Shown: positions 8,227 to 18,876, counted from the first letter of the stretch. The stretch: DNA of 64,000 bases from an uncultured Candidatus Saccharibacteria bacterium (GCA_964428845.1 CAYRZH010000001.1:204445-268444); one strand, 5' to 3'. Program-made: numbers and translations. The notes: generated by a model not told the origin, from the sequence alone.

Positions 8227-8517
8227 CTTTTTTAAGAAAAGATAAATACAAAAACCGCCTCGAAAGGCGGCTTTTGCGATATTCTGTCTTACCAACCTCT
8301 GAATTATATATAACTCTCTCTCACTGTCAAAAAAAGACCGCCCCTTCCCGACGGTTTTTCTGGGACCCAAACTCACCAATATGAAAAATATGCAAAAATA
8401 TTCTCTTCCGACAATTGGGGGAAGGTAATTTGACAAATCTGTAAAATAGTGTAAACTCCCGTCCAGAACATTCGTGGCTTGTGGCCACAATAGCCGATCT
8501 TTCAATGGAGAACATGG

Positions 8518-9000
8518 ATGAACTCGGGAACAAACCTCGACGATAAGTCATCTTCGACTGATGGTAGTTGGTTCCTTTTCAACTTCGTGATCGTTGCTCT
8601 CATTATTTTGGCATTGGGCATCTCTGTCCCATCCTGCCGTCGGTACGCACAGAATGAGAGTGTCCGTATCCAGACCAAAGAGGTAGCCTTGAGGTTGGAC
8701 ACCCAGACTACCGAGGCCGGTGTCTATGTGAGGGTGCCGGAGGAGGAATTGCCTGACACCGATCTGTGGGGAACCAAACTCCGGGTTCAGTACGCGCAGG
8801 GTGGGGTGGCGGAGACGATCAGAGTCACCAGTGCCGGGCGTGACAAGTTGTTCGGGACCACCGACGACATCTCTTCCTACTGCCTTTCTACCAACCTCAA
8901 GGGGATTGGCACAGGTCTTCGAGACAATGCCGAGGAGGCCTCACGCAATGTCGCCAAGGGTCTCGTCGAGGGGGTCAAGGAAGGTCTCAAGAAGAAGTAA
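8518..9000 (+). CDS. GspG-like pseudopilin / type IV pilin-like protein on a G+C-rich segment; N-terminal prepilin motif degenerate
   Basis: Hydrophobic N-terminal helix (FLFNFVIVALIILALGISVPSCRRYAQNESVRIQTKEVAL) like pilin alpha1. C-terminal DLWGTKLRVQY...IRVTSAGRDKLFGTTDDI resembles the GspG signature (DPWG..Y.Y....SLG.DG..GG..DDI). Confidence 0.45.
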   Translation: MNSGTNLDDKSSSTDGSWFLFNFVIVALIILALGISVPSCRRYAQNESVRIQTKEVALRLDTQTTEAGVYVRVPEEELPDTDLWGTKLRVQYAQGGVAETIRVTSAGRDKLFGTTDDISSYCLSTNLKGIGTGLRDNAEEASRNVAKGLVEGVKEGLKKK

Positions 9001-9084
9001 GTCTTTTGCTTGGTTTTCACCAACTCCGATTTTGTCGATACACCGTCCACCCCCCCGTGGCCGGTTTTTTCTTTTACGGGGAAG

Positions 9085-9129
9085 CTTCGTACGAAGGATT
9101 TGACATATACCCCCTGGGGGGTATATGAT
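9085..9129 (+). promoter_or_regulatory. csoR-copA promoter with embedded candidate CsoR operator. TTGACA(9100-9105)-18-TATGAT(9124-9129); the spacer is the inverted repeat ATATACCCCC-TG-GGGGGTATAT. A perfect 12-nt palindrome CTTCGTACGAAG lies at 9085-9096 just upstream.
   Basis: Read directly from sequence. C5/G5 inverted repeats are typical of CsoR operators. Confidence 0.5.
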
Positions 9130-9135
9130 ACCGAT

Positions 9136-9399
9136 ATGAACACAAATAAAATAAAAATGCTTCGTCGGTTGAAAATTATCGAGGGGCAGGTTCGTGGTCT
9201 GCAGGAAATGGTCGAGAAGGGTACTTATTGTATTGACGTTATTACCCAAGGTTCGGCGATCAAGCAAGGTCTATCAAATGTCGAAGATATGCTCATGGAG
9301 CATCACCTCTCACATTGCGTAGTCAAACAGATAAAAGAGGGGACTCCCGATAAAGCTGTAAATGAGGTTCTTAAAGTTTACAAACTCAAACGTAAATAA
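9136..9399 (+). CDS. csoR: CsoR/RcnR-family copper-sensing repressor
   Basis: [38 protein letters not shown]...HHLSHCVV contains the CsoR C-H-C ligand pattern. Confidence 0.75.
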   Translation: MNTNKIKMLRRLKIIEGQVRGLQEMVEKGTYCIDVITQGSAIKQGLSNVEDMLMEHHLSHCVVKQIKEGTPDKAVNEVLKVYKLKRK

Positions 9400-9404
9400 A
9401 AAAT

Positions 9405-11729
9405 ATGAGCCAAATTAAAACTTACAGAATAAAAGGAATGCACTGTGCTTCGTGCGCGGGCATCATCGAAAGGACTTTGAGGAAGATACAAGGGGTCCAG
9501 TCTGCTGAAGTCAATTATGGTACCGAAAAAGCGAAGATAGTTCTTGATGAGTCAAAAACAAGTGTACGAGAACTTTCGGGGAAAATAGAGCCACTCGGCT
9601 ATTCTCTTTCTTTGGATCAAGAAAATCCACATAGTCACAACCCCCAGTCGGCTGACGAAATGGGAATGTCCGCCGATGAGCATAGCGGACATCTCGGAAT
9701 CAGTCAGTCAAAAAAAGAGAAGCTCGCCGAAGTTGCCAGTATGAAGACCAAGGTAATTTCTTCCATTCCTCTTGCCGCCGTCTCAATCTTTGTGATGGTT
9801 TGGGAAATTCTCATCAGGTATGGAGTGGCGACAGAGATGAGTGATATTGCCGAGGAATTTTTTCATCACCTCCTGCCTCTTATGGCGACCTATACACTCT
9901 TTGTGGTGGGTAAGCCCTATCTTCTAGGTTTCTTTAGGTTTCTCCGATACGGCAAGGCAAATATGGATACACTGATCGGTATTGGAACTACCGCCGCCTT
10001 TTTGTACAGCTTCGCAATAACCGCTTTCGAAGAAACACTCCGCCCTTTTATAAACGTCGACTATCAGTACTACGACGTGACGATCGTGGTTGTCACCTTC
10101 ATTGCTCTCGGCAAGTATCTTGAGGCACGCTCAAAGATAAAGACTGGTGATGCTATAGAAAAACTTCTTAATCTTCAAGCCAAAACAGCTTTGGTCGTTC
10201 GAGATGGGAAAGAAGTAGAGATTCCAGTAAATGATGTAAAACACGGAGATTTGATAATCGTAAAACCAGGGGCAAAGATTCCGGTAGACGGTCTCATTGT
10301 GGAGGGAGGCTCTTTTGTCGATGAGTCCATGGTTACTGGGGAGCCAATGCCTGCCCAGAAAAAGGTCGGCGATGGTGTGGTATCCGGAACCATCAATACA
10401 ACCGGCTCGTTTACATTCAAGGCTACAAAAGTCGGGTCCGAGACTTTGCTCGCCCAGATCATAAAGATGGTCGAGGACGCCCAAGGAAGCAAGGCACCTA
10501 TCCAGGCGCTTGCGGATAAGATCTCGGCAGTTTTTGTGCCTATCGTCCTAGTGATCGCATTTCTCACTCTCGGCGCATGGCTCGTTGTCGGCTCGCAGTA
10601 TCTAGGATTCTCTCAAGCCCTTTCATTTGGTCTTGTTTCTTTTGTAGGAATTCTTGTGATCGCATGCCCATGTGCTCTCGGTCTTGCCACACCTACGGCA
10701 ATCATTGTCGGGGTTGGTAAAGGGGCGAAAGAAGGGATTCTTATCAAAGACGCAGCTACACTTGAGAAACTTCATAAGGTAAACACACTCGTCGTCGATA
10801 AGACGGGAACTATTACCAAGGGCAAGCCAACGCTCGTCGATATAGAGAATCTATCAAAATTTAAAGAAGAAGAACTTGTCTCAATACTCACCTCGCTTGA
10901 GAAGAAGTCAGAGCATCCGATCGCACATGCTATTGTCGATTATGCGCGCACAAAGAATATACCGATATCCGACGTTTCGGGTTTCGAAAGTATTCGTGGT
11001 GGGGGACTTAAGGGAACGATCGGCAATACAGAGTACTTTGTCGGTAGTGCGAAGTTTATAACCAACTTAAGAATTCCTTTTGATATTACGAGACTGGAAG
11101 AGTTTACAGCACAAGGCAAGACACCGGTCATTCTTGCTACAAAAGAAAAAGTTCTTGCTTTTGTGATGGTGGCCGACGAGATAAAAAAGGAATCTGTTGC
11201 GGCGATAAAAGATCTAAAGGACCTTGGAATCAATGTAGTCATGCTTACTGGTGATGATGAGAAAGCTGCGAAGTACGTAGCGTCTCTTGTCGGGATAGAT
11301 GATGTGGTCGCCCATGTGCTTCCTGAAGATAAGTTGAAAAAAATTCAGGAACTCCAATCGAGAGGTCGGGTGGTTGCTATGGCTGGTGATGGTGTAAATG
11401 ACGCACCAGCTCTTGCCCAGGCCGATGTGGGTATTGCCATGGGAACTGGAACAGATGTGGCGATCGAGTCAGCCGGCATCACACTTCTTGGTGGTGATAT
11501 TTCAAAACTTGTAAAAGCTATCAGACTTTCGAAGATTACCATGCGAGGGATCAAGCAAAATCTTTTCTGGGCATTTATCTACAACATTGTCGGCATACCA
11601 CTTGCAGCAGGAGCTTTGTATCCGGTCTTCGGATGGCTCTTGAACCCCGTCTTTGCGGGTTTTGCCATGGCGATGTCGTCGGTGTCTGTGGTGTCGAACT
11701 CGCTTCGTATTAAAGCTAAAAAAATATAA
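9405..11729 (+). CDS. copA: Copper-translocating P1B-type ATPase with N-terminal HMA domain
   Basis: [11 protein letters not shown] (CxxC), CPC ([11 protein letters not shown]), [17 protein letters not shown]. Confidence 0.9.
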   Translation: MSQIKTYRIKGMHCASCAGIIERTLRKIQGVQSAEVNYGTEKAKIVLDESKTSVRELSGKIEPLGYSLSLDQENPHSHNPQSADEMGMSADEHSGHLGISQSKKEKLAEVASMKTKVISSIPLAAVSIFVMVWEILIRYGVATEMSDIAEEFFHHLLPLMATYTLFVVGKPYLLGFFRFLRYGKANMDTLIGIGTTAAFLYSFAITAFEETLRPFINVDYQYYDVTIVVVTFIALGKYLEARSKIKTGDAIEKLLNLQAKTALVVRDGKEVEIPVNDVKHGDLIIVKPGAKIPVDGLIVEGGSFVDESMVTGEPMPAQKKVGDGVVSGTINTTGSFTFKATKVGSETLLAQIIKMVEDAQGSKAPIQALADKISAVFVPIVLVIAFLTLGAWLVVGSQYLGFSQALSFGLVSFVGILVIACPCALGLATPTAIIVGVGKGAKEGILIKDAATLEKLHKVNTLVVDKTGTITKGKPTLVDIENLSKFKEEELVSILTSLEKKSEHPIAHAIVDYARTKNIPISDVSGFESIRGGGLKGTIGNTEYFVGSAKFITNLRIPFDITRLEEFTAQGKTPVILATKEKVLAFVMVADEIKKESVAAIKDLKDLGINVVMLTGDDEKAAKYVASLVGIDDVVAHVLPEDKLKKIQELQSRGRVVAMAGDGVNDAPALAQADVGIAMGTGTDVAIESAGITLLGGDISKLVKAIRLSKITMRGIKQNLFWAFIYNIVGIPLAAGALYPVFGWLLNPVFAGFAMAMSSVSVVSNSLRIKAKKI

Positions 11730-12161
11730 TGACCAAACTCTTCTCATTACTAATTATCACGAGTATCCTAGTAATAGGGGTTTTGGATTTACCTCAATGA
11801 ATCATGGAGCTGATCATACTACCGGTTGCATTGCTTCAGTTGTAAACAATACTCCATGTCCTGAAAACATTGTGGAGATGTCTGTCCATCACATACAGGC
11901 ATTCGTTTCATTCTTCAGTGTGGTTCCGTCAATTCCGTTTATCTTCTTGCTCGCACTTCTGTTCGCAGTATTTCTTGGTACGAGATTTCTTTATATAAAA
12001 CAGCAGAATTTACTTTCGATCAACCTAGGATTATTGCGGGTCCAGCATGGTCCCGAACGCCAACTAAGTCGTCCACGGAAAATTACTCGCTGGCTTTCAT
12101 TATTTGAAAATAGTCCTTCATTGCATAGGATTTCCATTACTATTTCTAATCTCAAAAACCT

Positions 12162-12362
12162 ATGCAAACAAAAAAATCTAAAGGCAGTAAAAAATATAAA
12201 ATTATCGATCCTGCGGTGGCATTCGACCTTGTCTGCGGAATGGAGCTTGATTCAGACAGTATTAAGGCAAGCGCAGACTACAAGGGCAAAACCTACTATT
12301 TTTGTGCCATCCACTGCAAGAATCACTTCGTAGCTGATCCTGTGAAGTATGCAGGAGAGTAA
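12162..12362 (+). CDS. YHS/TRASH-domain small metal-binding protein
   Basis: VCGMELD...GKTYYFCAIHCKNHF matches the YHS-domain cysteine pattern. The overlapping 226-aa ORF 11653-12333 is probably non-coding in the overlap. Confidence 0.6.
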   Translation: MQTKKSKGSKKYKIIDPAVAFDLVCGMELDSDSIKASADYKGKTYYFCAIHCKNHFVADPVKYAGE

Positions 12363-12385
12363 ATTATTAATCTAATAACAAAAAC

Positions 12386-13030
12386 ATGAACAACAATCAA
12401 AACAACAAAATCTTATACGGTATCGGTGGAATCGTAATCGGAATTCTCCTTGTTTCGGTCCTCACTCCAATGTTTCGCTATGGTGGCTATGGAATGATGA
12501 ACTGGGGAAGTAATTCGGCGTACGAGCAAAGAGTGGTTAGAAACAGACAAATTGCCAGCACAATCGATAAGCATTTCATTGAGCAGATGATTCCTCATCA
12601 TGATGGAGCAATTGCTATGGCAAACCTCGCACTCCAAATGGCAAAACGTCCGGAGATTAAAATCTTAGCAACATCCATTATTGCGGCCCAGACGGCAGAG
12701 ATTCAAGACATGAACGGTTGGTATAAGGATTGGTTTGGAGCGACTGTTCCGAGAGTAGGCGCGGGAATGATGAGTGGCGGCATGATGTCGCAGAGTGGTA
12801 TGCATATGGGCGGGCAGGAGGATATGAAAGCCCTAGAAAATGCCGCAGACTTTGATAAGGCATTTATCGAGCAAATGATTCCGCATCATCAGTTGGCAAT
12901 CATGATGGCGAATATGCTTCAGTTCGGAACAAACAGGCCTGAGATGCAGCAGCTCGCGAAGAACATTATCTCTTCTCAGTCAAAAGAAATTCAGCAAATG
13001 CAGACTTGGTATACGCTATGGTATAAATAA
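12386..13030 (+). CDS. DUF305-family protein (ferritin-like, copper-resistance associated), internally duplicated
   Basis: Two repeats of FIEQMIPHH..AI.MAN. Confidence 0.65.
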   Translation: MNNNQNNKILYGIGGIVIGILLVSVLTPMFRYGGYGMMNWGSNSAYEQRVVRNRQIASTIDKHFIEQMIPHHDGAIAMANLALQMAKRPEIKILATSIIAAQTAEIQDMNGWYKDWFGATVPRVGAGMMSGGMMSQSGMHMGGQEDMKALENAADFDKAFIEQMIPHHQLAIMMANMLQFGTNRPEMQQLAKNIISSQSKEIQQMQTWYTLWYK

Positions 13031-13047
13031 ATATTCAATTACTAACT

Positions 13048-14079
13048 ATGACTACACAAACACAAAAATACACCTTCCATGTCCATGGTATGCATTGCAA
13101 TTCCTGTGTTCTCCTGACCGAAAGTGTTCTTGGTGATCTCCCCAATATCACTCATGTCAAATCAAGTCTAAAAAAACATTCGGTAGAGGTTATCGGAGAC
13201 TTTGGCAATAAGACACCGGAGCAGATTGCAGAAGAGCTTACTCTTCCACTAAAGTCTCATGGCTACAGTGTTTCAGTCGAAAGGAAGAGACATGACGCCA
13301 AATGGAGTGATTTTAAGATTGCGGTCCCGGTCGCACTCGGCTTTGCCGCGCTTTTCGTGGTACTGCAGAAAATGGGGATCGTGAATCTAGTCAGTGCCGG
13401 TAGCGTTACCTACGGTACGGCATTTGTTATCGGTATAATCGCCTCGCTTTCAACTTGCATGGCGGTGGTCGGAGGTCTGGTCCTCTCGATGTCTGCCACT
13501 TTCGCCAGAGAAGGGGACAGGGTTCGACCACAACTCATGTTTCATGCGGGACGGATAGCCTCATTCTTTGTACTTGGAGGTGTGATAGGGGCGATAGGAT
13601 CGGCCTTCACGCTCAATACTTCTGCAACGTTCATCTTGAGTTTTTTGGTAGGGATCGTAATGCTCATCCTCGGCATCAATCTTCTGGATATTTTCCACTG
13701 GGCCAAGAAACTTCAACCATCCATGCCGAAGTTTATCGCCAAACATGCCCATGGAGTTTCAAAATTCAACCACACTCTCACACCGGTTCTTGTGGGTATC
13801 GCAACATTTTTCCTGCCATGTGGCTTTACTCAATCAATGCAACTCTATACACTTACGACCGGAAGTTTCTTGCGAGGTGGCTTGACCATGCTAGCTTTTG
13901 CCCTGGGGACACTCCCGGTCCTGGCACTTATTAGTTTCAGTTCATTTAGTATTCAAAAGAGTTCTGGGTCCGGAATATTCTTCAAGACTGCCGGGTTGAT
14001 TGTGATTTTGTTTGCCCTTCTCAACCTTATCAATAGCCTGGTGGTTATCGGGGTCGTGCCACCAGTATTTGATTTCTAG
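13048..14079 (+). CDS. HMA-domain (MHCNSC) protein fused to a polytopic membrane domain (DsbD/CcdA- or TauE-like permease)
   Basis: N-terminal HMA CxxC. At least 6 hydrophobic segments with conserved Cys (STCMAV, FFLPCGF). Confidence 0.55.
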   Translation: MTTQTQKYTFHVHGMHCNSCVLLTESVLGDLPNITHVKSSLKKHSVEVIGDFGNKTPEQIAEELTLPLKSHGYSVSVERKRHDAKWSDFKIAVPVALGFAALFVVLQKMGIVNLVSAGSVTYGTAFVIGIIASLSTCMAVVGGLVLSMSATFAREGDRVRPQLMFHAGRIASFFVLGGVIGAIGSAFTLNTSATFILSFLVGIVMLILGINLLDIFHWAKKLQPSMPKFIAKHAHGVSKFNHTLTPVLVGIATFFLPCGFTQSMQLYTLTTGSFLRGGLTMLAFALGTLPVLALISFSSFSIQKSSGSGIFFKTAGLIVILFALLNLINSLVVIGVVPPVFDF

Positions 14080-14095
14080 TATAATAATTCAATTT

Positions 14096-14482
14096 ATGAA
14101 GACAACCGTTATTTCTTTGGTCATAGCCGCAATACTTATCGTCGGGGCTTTCATGATTGCCCGAGGAGATTTTTCAAGAACTGGCCAGCCGGCAAACAAC
14201 ATCAGTGTTGTCGATGGGAAACAAATCATAGTGATCACGGCTAAAGGGGGGTACAAGCCACGACAAAGCGTGGCCAAAGCGGGGATTCCTACGATCATTC
14301 GTTTTAATACTAATGGCACTTTTGATTGCTCTTCTTCAGTTCGTATTCCAAGTATGAATATTAGTCAGATTTTGCCACGTTCTGGATCTACGGACATAGA
14401 TATCGGTAGTGGCACACTCGGAGTACTCAAAGGGTCGTGCGGTATGGGGATGTATCCGTTTGAAATTGTATTTGAGGGGTAA
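14096..14482 (+). CDS. Membrane-anchored cupredoxin-like protein (putative copper-binding)
   Basis: Single TM, then a beta-rich domain with Cys/Met/His candidates (FDCSSSVRIP ... GSCGMGMYPFE). Confidence 0.35.
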   Translation: MKTTVISLVIAAILIVGAFMIARGDFSRTGQPANNISVVDGKQIIVITAKGGYKPRQSVAKAGIPTIIRFNTNGTFDCSSSVRIPSMNISQILPRSGSTDIDIGSGTLGVLKGSCGMGMYPFEIVFEG

Positions 14483-14528
14483 AAAGGGGGTAGTTTTTTC
14501 AAAGATAGATTCCCAGCGGGTCGAGATA

Positions 14529-15050
14529 TCAATACTCGATATTTCTTGCTCCAATCAACCCTCTAGAAAAGGGGTGCTTAACCTCCATCATTTCTGTTAC
14601 CAAATCCGCTCTTTCCAAAAATTCTCTCGGGCAATAACGGCCCGTCATGATCAAATGATCAAGCTTGGGAAGATATTTGCAGATAAAATCACTGACAGAT
14701 TCTTTAGTGAGGAGCCCGAGTGAAAGGGCAACCCATATCTCATCAAGGATCAAAATATTCCATACCTTTCTTTCAACCTCTTTTGCGGAATATGCTAAGG
14801 CATCTTTGGCTGCCTTCACGTGATCTTCGAAAGGTATTTTATCGTTTTCTTTAAAAACAAAACCTTTTCCTTTTTTTGCAATCTTAAAATCCGGTGTGAT
14901 TTTTTTTGCGAGCTTATCTTCACCAGATTTCCAAGGTCCTTTTATAAACTGCACCATTAGGACTCTACTTCCATTTCCAACCGCCCTCATCGCCTGACCG
15001 ATAGCAGCTGTCGTTTTCCCTTTTCCGTTACCCGTAAAGATAATAAACAT
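14529..15050 (-). CDS. Cob(I)yrinic acid a,c-diamide / cob(I)alamin adenosyltransferase (CobA/BtuR family)
   Basis: MFIIFTGNGKGKTTAAIGQAMRAVG P-loop and ILILDEI. Sits 5 nt downstream of nrdJ. Confidence 0.8.
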   Translation of the reverse strand: MFIIFTGNGKGKTTAAIGQAMRAVGNGSRVLMVQFIKGPWKSGEDKLAKKITPDFKIAKKGKGFVFKENDKIPFEDHVKAAKDALAYSAKEVERKVWNILILDEIWVALSLGLLTKESVSDFICKYLPKLDHLIMTGRYCPREFLERADLVTEMMEVKHPFSRGLIGARNIEY

Positions 15051-15055
15051 GGTAG

Positions 15056-17371
15056 TTATATTGCTATTTCGCAGACACCACCCACACACGCAAGTTCTTT
15101 CTTGAGATCAAGCTCGTCAGTTTTTTCGTAAGTCACTATCTTCGAGTAGTCGATATGTTTCATACGTTCCGACAGTTCCAGATATTTTTTTTCATCGATA
15201 GCTTCATAGGGCGCCAGCTGATAGACGTGGTTGTCTCGCGGCAGGAAAGAGAGGCCGCCCACGATATCCCAATTTTTATAAATCCAGTTTGCCACCTCGA
15301 TCCATTCGTCATCTCCCACCGAGACAGTTACGGAAGGGTTGTGTTCGGTGTAGTTCGTCTTTACAATCTTCCAATATTCGAGCTGGTCTAGCGCGCTTAG
15401 ATCATCTTTAAAAATCGATCCTTCTGGGGCTTTGACTGGGAATTCGAGTACATAGGTGGTTGCCGATTCTTTGGGTTGGCCGATCTCTGGATGAAAGGGT
15501 ATTCCTTGATCCTTGAGCATCTTGAAAAGACCATCAGTCGCTGATATTCGAATTCTCCTTATATAGTATTGAGAGTGTCTTGGATGCATGCCAGAAGAGC
15601 AGTCGACCATCTGCGACAATGTCCCCGATGGTTTAACGCAGGTGATACACGTCGAAGGATTCACCCCGAATCTTTTAGAGTAAACTCGATTTATTTTTAA
15701 GGTCTCATCTTTTAGTTTTCTTAATACTTTTGGATTTCTTAAAATCTTTGAATCCCACTGGCCAGTTATCGAGACTCCGAGCAGGCGCTCGTTTTCACAT
15801 CTTTCCCTCCATTCCTTTGAGAGATAGGGGAAATTGGTTAGAGTGGCTTGATATGTGCCAAGTATTGTTGCCAGCCGAATCTTTTTCAAGAGGGAAGCTT
15901 CATCATCTTCGTCACGAGCGACGACTTCTGATAAATTACAAAATTGTTTCGATTGTAAAATAATCTCACCGCAAGGGTTTGTACCGATAGGACCGATGAT
16001 CGATGTTCCGGAAGAATCAAAATATCCTTCATATTTTTTTAAAGTCTCCAATCTTCTTTCTGGAAGGGTTTTGGCCAATGATCCGCGGTTGAAAATGCCT
16101 CTTTCGCCCGACCCAGACTTCATGAGCGCTGCCCACTCTTCAACAAACTCCGTATTTGATGGTTTTTGTATATAGACCGCAGAGTTGTTGGCGAGCATTC
16201 TTTGTGGCTCATTTACGTAAAAAGCACCCTTTTTTGCGTCTCGAATATCCACATCATCTAGATCTGACAAAGAAATCATAGCGCTACGTCTCACGCCTCC
16301 GGAGACAACACAATCGCCGATCATACAGATGATGTCGTGCACATCTATATTTCGCAATCTCTTCCCTTGGCGAGCAAGCATTTTTTCTCTGGTGAAGTCT
16401 AGCAATCTCTTCAAAGGTTCTGGTCCAGACGCCTTGCCTCCCATCGTTTTCAGGCGGGATCCGGCTGGGCGAAGTTCTGACAAATCAAAATCTATATCTT
16501 TACCTTCTGCCCAGGTCTTCATGCCTAGGGCTAGAGCGTCGGCCCAACCCTCTTTGTTGTCAGGAACTATATGTGTTGGAAGTTTTTTGCCGGTCTGAAG
16601 ATTTATCTGTGGGAACTTTTGAACATTTTGACTTTCCACAGACCAACCGGCGCCTGTGCCGCACATGGAGATATACATGATCTCGGCTAGATCCTGGAAG
16701 TTGGTCGGTGCAACATATGAACAATTGTACGCACAGACATTTGTTTTTTTTGCCGCGATCCCGGCAAACTGCAAGAGTCGCATTGAGGGCATGGCTCTCT
16801 GTTCAAGAATTCCTTCTCGGATTTCTTTATATTCAGATTCTTTTAGTTTTGTTCCAAGGTTTTCTTTCATGAAGCCCATATAACGGTCGACTGTCTCTAT
16901 CCAGGTCTCTCTGCGTTTCTCCTCATCGATCCAGCGAGAATAGCTGCGATAGTAAACAAATTCTCCAAGTGGATTTCTGAAATATTTTTTGCTGTCTTCG
17001 GAAAGTTTTCTTACTTTTGGAGGAACTTTTGTACCTTGAGCCCTAAGGCGGGCGCGTTTTTCGCGGTATAAAATATAGGCTTTTGCGGTTTTTACGTATT
17101 CGCTCAAGATGAGCTCTTTTTCTACCGTATCCTGTATACCTTCGACCGTCGGAACAAAGTTCTTGTATTTTTTTGTGATACGAAGTGCGTCCGCATAAAC
17201 CTTATTTGCCACCAGTTCGGCCTCCTTAAGCGAGCCTTCAGCCGAAGCGATCATCGCTTTGCGTATCGCGTTGACGATCTTCTGAATATCGAAAGGGACG
17301 ACCGACCCATCTCTTTTTTGAATACTTTTTACCACTGGCTCGACCATTAAGTTTCTTTTTTTTGGTGACAT
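15056..17371 (-). CDS. nrdJ: Class II (adenosylcobalamin-dependent) ribonucleotide reductase
   Basis: 771 aa; NPCGEI active-site motif; N-terminal ATP-cone-like region. Confidence 0.85.
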   Translation of the reverse strand: MSPKKRNLMVEPVVKSIQKRDGSVVPFDIQKIVNAIRKAMIASAEGSLKEAELVANKVYADALRITKKYKNFVPTVEGIQDTVEKELILSEYVKTAKAYILYREKRARLRAQGTKVPPKVRKLSEDSKKYFRNPLGEFVYYRSYSRWIDEEKRRETWIETVDRYMGFMKENLGTKLKESEYKEIREGILEQRAMPSMRLLQFAGIAAKKTNVCAYNCSYVAPTNFQDLAEIMYISMCGTGAGWSVESQNVQKFPQINLQTGKKLPTHIVPDNKEGWADALALGMKTWAEGKDIDFDLSELRPAGSRLKTMGGKASGPEPLKRLLDFTREKMLARQGKRLRNIDVHDIICMIGDCVVSGGVRRSAMISLSDLDDVDIRDAKKGAFYVNEPQRMLANNSAVYIQKPSNTEFVEEWAALMKSGSGERGIFNRGSLAKTLPERRLETLKKYEGYFDSSGTSIIGPIGTNPCGEIILQSKQFCNLSEVVARDEDDEASLLKKIRLATILGTYQATLTNFPYLSKEWRERCENERLLGVSITGQWDSKILRNPKVLRKLKDETLKINRVYSKRFGVNPSTCITCVKPSGTLSQMVDCSSGMHPRHSQYYIRRIRISATDGLFKMLKDQGIPFHPEIGQPKESATTYVLEFPVKAPEGSIFKDDLSALDQLEYWKIVKTNYTEHNPSVTVSVGDDEWIEVANWIYKNWDIVGGLSFLPRDNHVYQLAPYEAIDEKKYLELSERMKHIDYSKIVTYEKTDELDLKKELACVGGVCEIAI

Positions 17372-17540
17372 ATTTTATTTAGTTAATAAGTTAATTGATT
17401 ATGAAACTAGTATATCAAACGAATATAGTGAATTTCAAAAAAATAGGGGATAAAAATTTTCTGCGCGCCAAAGTGTTTGGTCTGTCAATTTGAGTTGCTC
17501 TGGAAGCTTGGTATACTACTATCAATAAATATCGAAATTA

Positions 17541-17845
17541 TGAAATCACCACTGCCACAAGAGGCGTATCATAGAAATGCTCATATCTATAAAATTCTTG
17601 CCAACTCAAAACGGCTTGAAATCCTAAATCTTCTGAAAAAGGGGGAACTTGGTGTCGAGCAACTGCTGAAAGTCACTAGATTATCCAAGGCAAATCTCTC
17701 CCAACACCTTGCGCTGTTGCGACACAATGGGCTGGTTCAAACAAGACGCGACGGTCTAAATATTTTTTACCGCATAGTTGACCCAAGAATTGTCGAACCT
17801 TGCAAAATTCTTCACAATTTGCGTCACAGACAGCTCGTGGTTTAG
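17541..17845 (+). CDS. ArsR/SmtB-family transcriptional regulator
   Basis: AHIYKILANSKRLEILNLLKKGELGVEQLLKVTRLSKANLSQHLALLRHNGLV wHTH. Promoter-like TTGAGT-16-TATACT upstream. Confidence 0.7.
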
Positions 17846-17857
17846 CCCCAACCCCTT

Positions 17858-18832
17858 ATGTCTAAAAATATTTTTATCACAAGGAAAATTCCCGAGGTTG
17901 CTGAAAAGATGCTTACCGGAAAAGGTTATGTGGTAGATGTAAATCCTCATGACCGAAGCTTGAGCCAGCGAGAACTTGTTCGTTTTCTGCGTAAAAAGCC
18001 CTATGATGCTGTGCTTTCTTTGCTTACCGACCATCTTGATGCCTATGTGTTTGATGCGGCGCCAAGTATAAAAATTTTTGCTAACTACGCTACCGGTTTT
18101 GACAATATCGATATCGCCGAAGCCAAGAAGCGTGGTGTTACGATCACAAATACGCCAGCACCACTTTTATCAGAGTCTGTGGCCGAACACACCATTGCTA
18201 TGATCTTGGCTTTAGCGACCCGAATCGTTGAAGCAGACAGATTTACTCGTCGTGGGAGATACAAAGGCTGGGAGCCTATGGGTTTTGTTGGGGTCGGAGT
18301 TGCAGGCAAGACCGTTGGTCTTGTGGGTGCTGGCCGGATAGGCGAGCGTGTGGCGATCTGTCTAAAGTCTTTTGGTTTGAAGATTATTTACCACGATGTT
18401 TCTCACAATGAAAGAATAGAAAAAGAATGCGGGGCGCAGTATATAAATACGATTGAGGAACTTTTGGCGCAGGCAGACTTTGTTACTTTACATGTTCCAC
18501 TTCTTGACTCTACTAGACACCTTATAAACGAAACACGTCTGCGTATTATGAAACCGACTGCGTTTATAATAAACACTGCCAGAGGGGCGGTTATTGACGA
18601 GTCGGCTCTCGAGAGGGCTTTGAAACAAAAAATCATTTCGGGTGCCGCGCTCGATGTTTTTGAATTCGAGCCGAAAATCACTCCAGGTCTTACTAAGTTG
18701 GATAATGTTATCCTCACACCGCATATTGGCTCGGCCAGTGCTGAAGCAAGGAATCAAATGGCAGAAATGGCTGCGCAGAATATTATAGATTTTTTAGAAG
18801 GGAAAACTCCGCCGAACATTGTGAGTTCTTAG
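17858..18832 (+). CDS. D-isomer-specific 2-hydroxyacid dehydrogenase (glyoxylate/hydroxypyruvate reductase or PGDH-like)
   Basis: GKTVGLVGAGRIGERVA NAD-binding site; catalytic R/E/H pattern (TARGAVID...HIGSA). Confidence 0.75.
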   Translation: MSKNIFITRKIPEVAEKMLTGKGYVVDVNPHDRSLSQRELVRFLRKKPYDAVLSLLTDHLDAYVFDAAPSIKIFANYATGFDNIDIAEAKKRGVTITNTPAPLLSESVAEHTIAMILALATRIVEADRFTRRGRYKGWEPMGFVGVGVAGKTVGLVGAGRIGERVAICLKSFGLKIIYHDVSHNERIEKECGAQYINTIEELLAQADFVTLHVPLLDSTRHLINETRLRIMKPTAFIINTARGAVIDESALERALKQKIISGAALDVFEFEPKITPGLTKLDNVILTPHIGSASAEARNQMAEMAAQNIIDFLEGKTPPNIVSS

Positions 18833-18876
18833 TCCAGATTTCCGAGTTTGTAGATATACACATCGTCGGTCGACAA

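Noticed and set aside
8095-8480. A complete tmRNA (ssrA) on the minus strand ending at 8101, with the 132-bp repeat as its tRNA-like 3' end
   Set aside because: The length (~375 nt) and a TTCTGGA...CGGGAG stretch near 8455-8475 are suggestive. However, I could not find a 5' acceptor strand complementary to CGTGTCC, nor a tag-peptide reading frame ending in ..AA-stop. Left as an att-like RNA-gene fragment pending covariance-model search.
11653-12333. 226-aa ORF downstream of copA as a real protein
   Set aside because: Only the first ~80 codons (MNHGADHTTGC... followed by one TM helix) look protein-like. The rest overlaps the well-supported YHS gene in another frame and has junk-like composition. 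At most a small metal-binding membrane peptide exists (about 11797-12050, low confidence).
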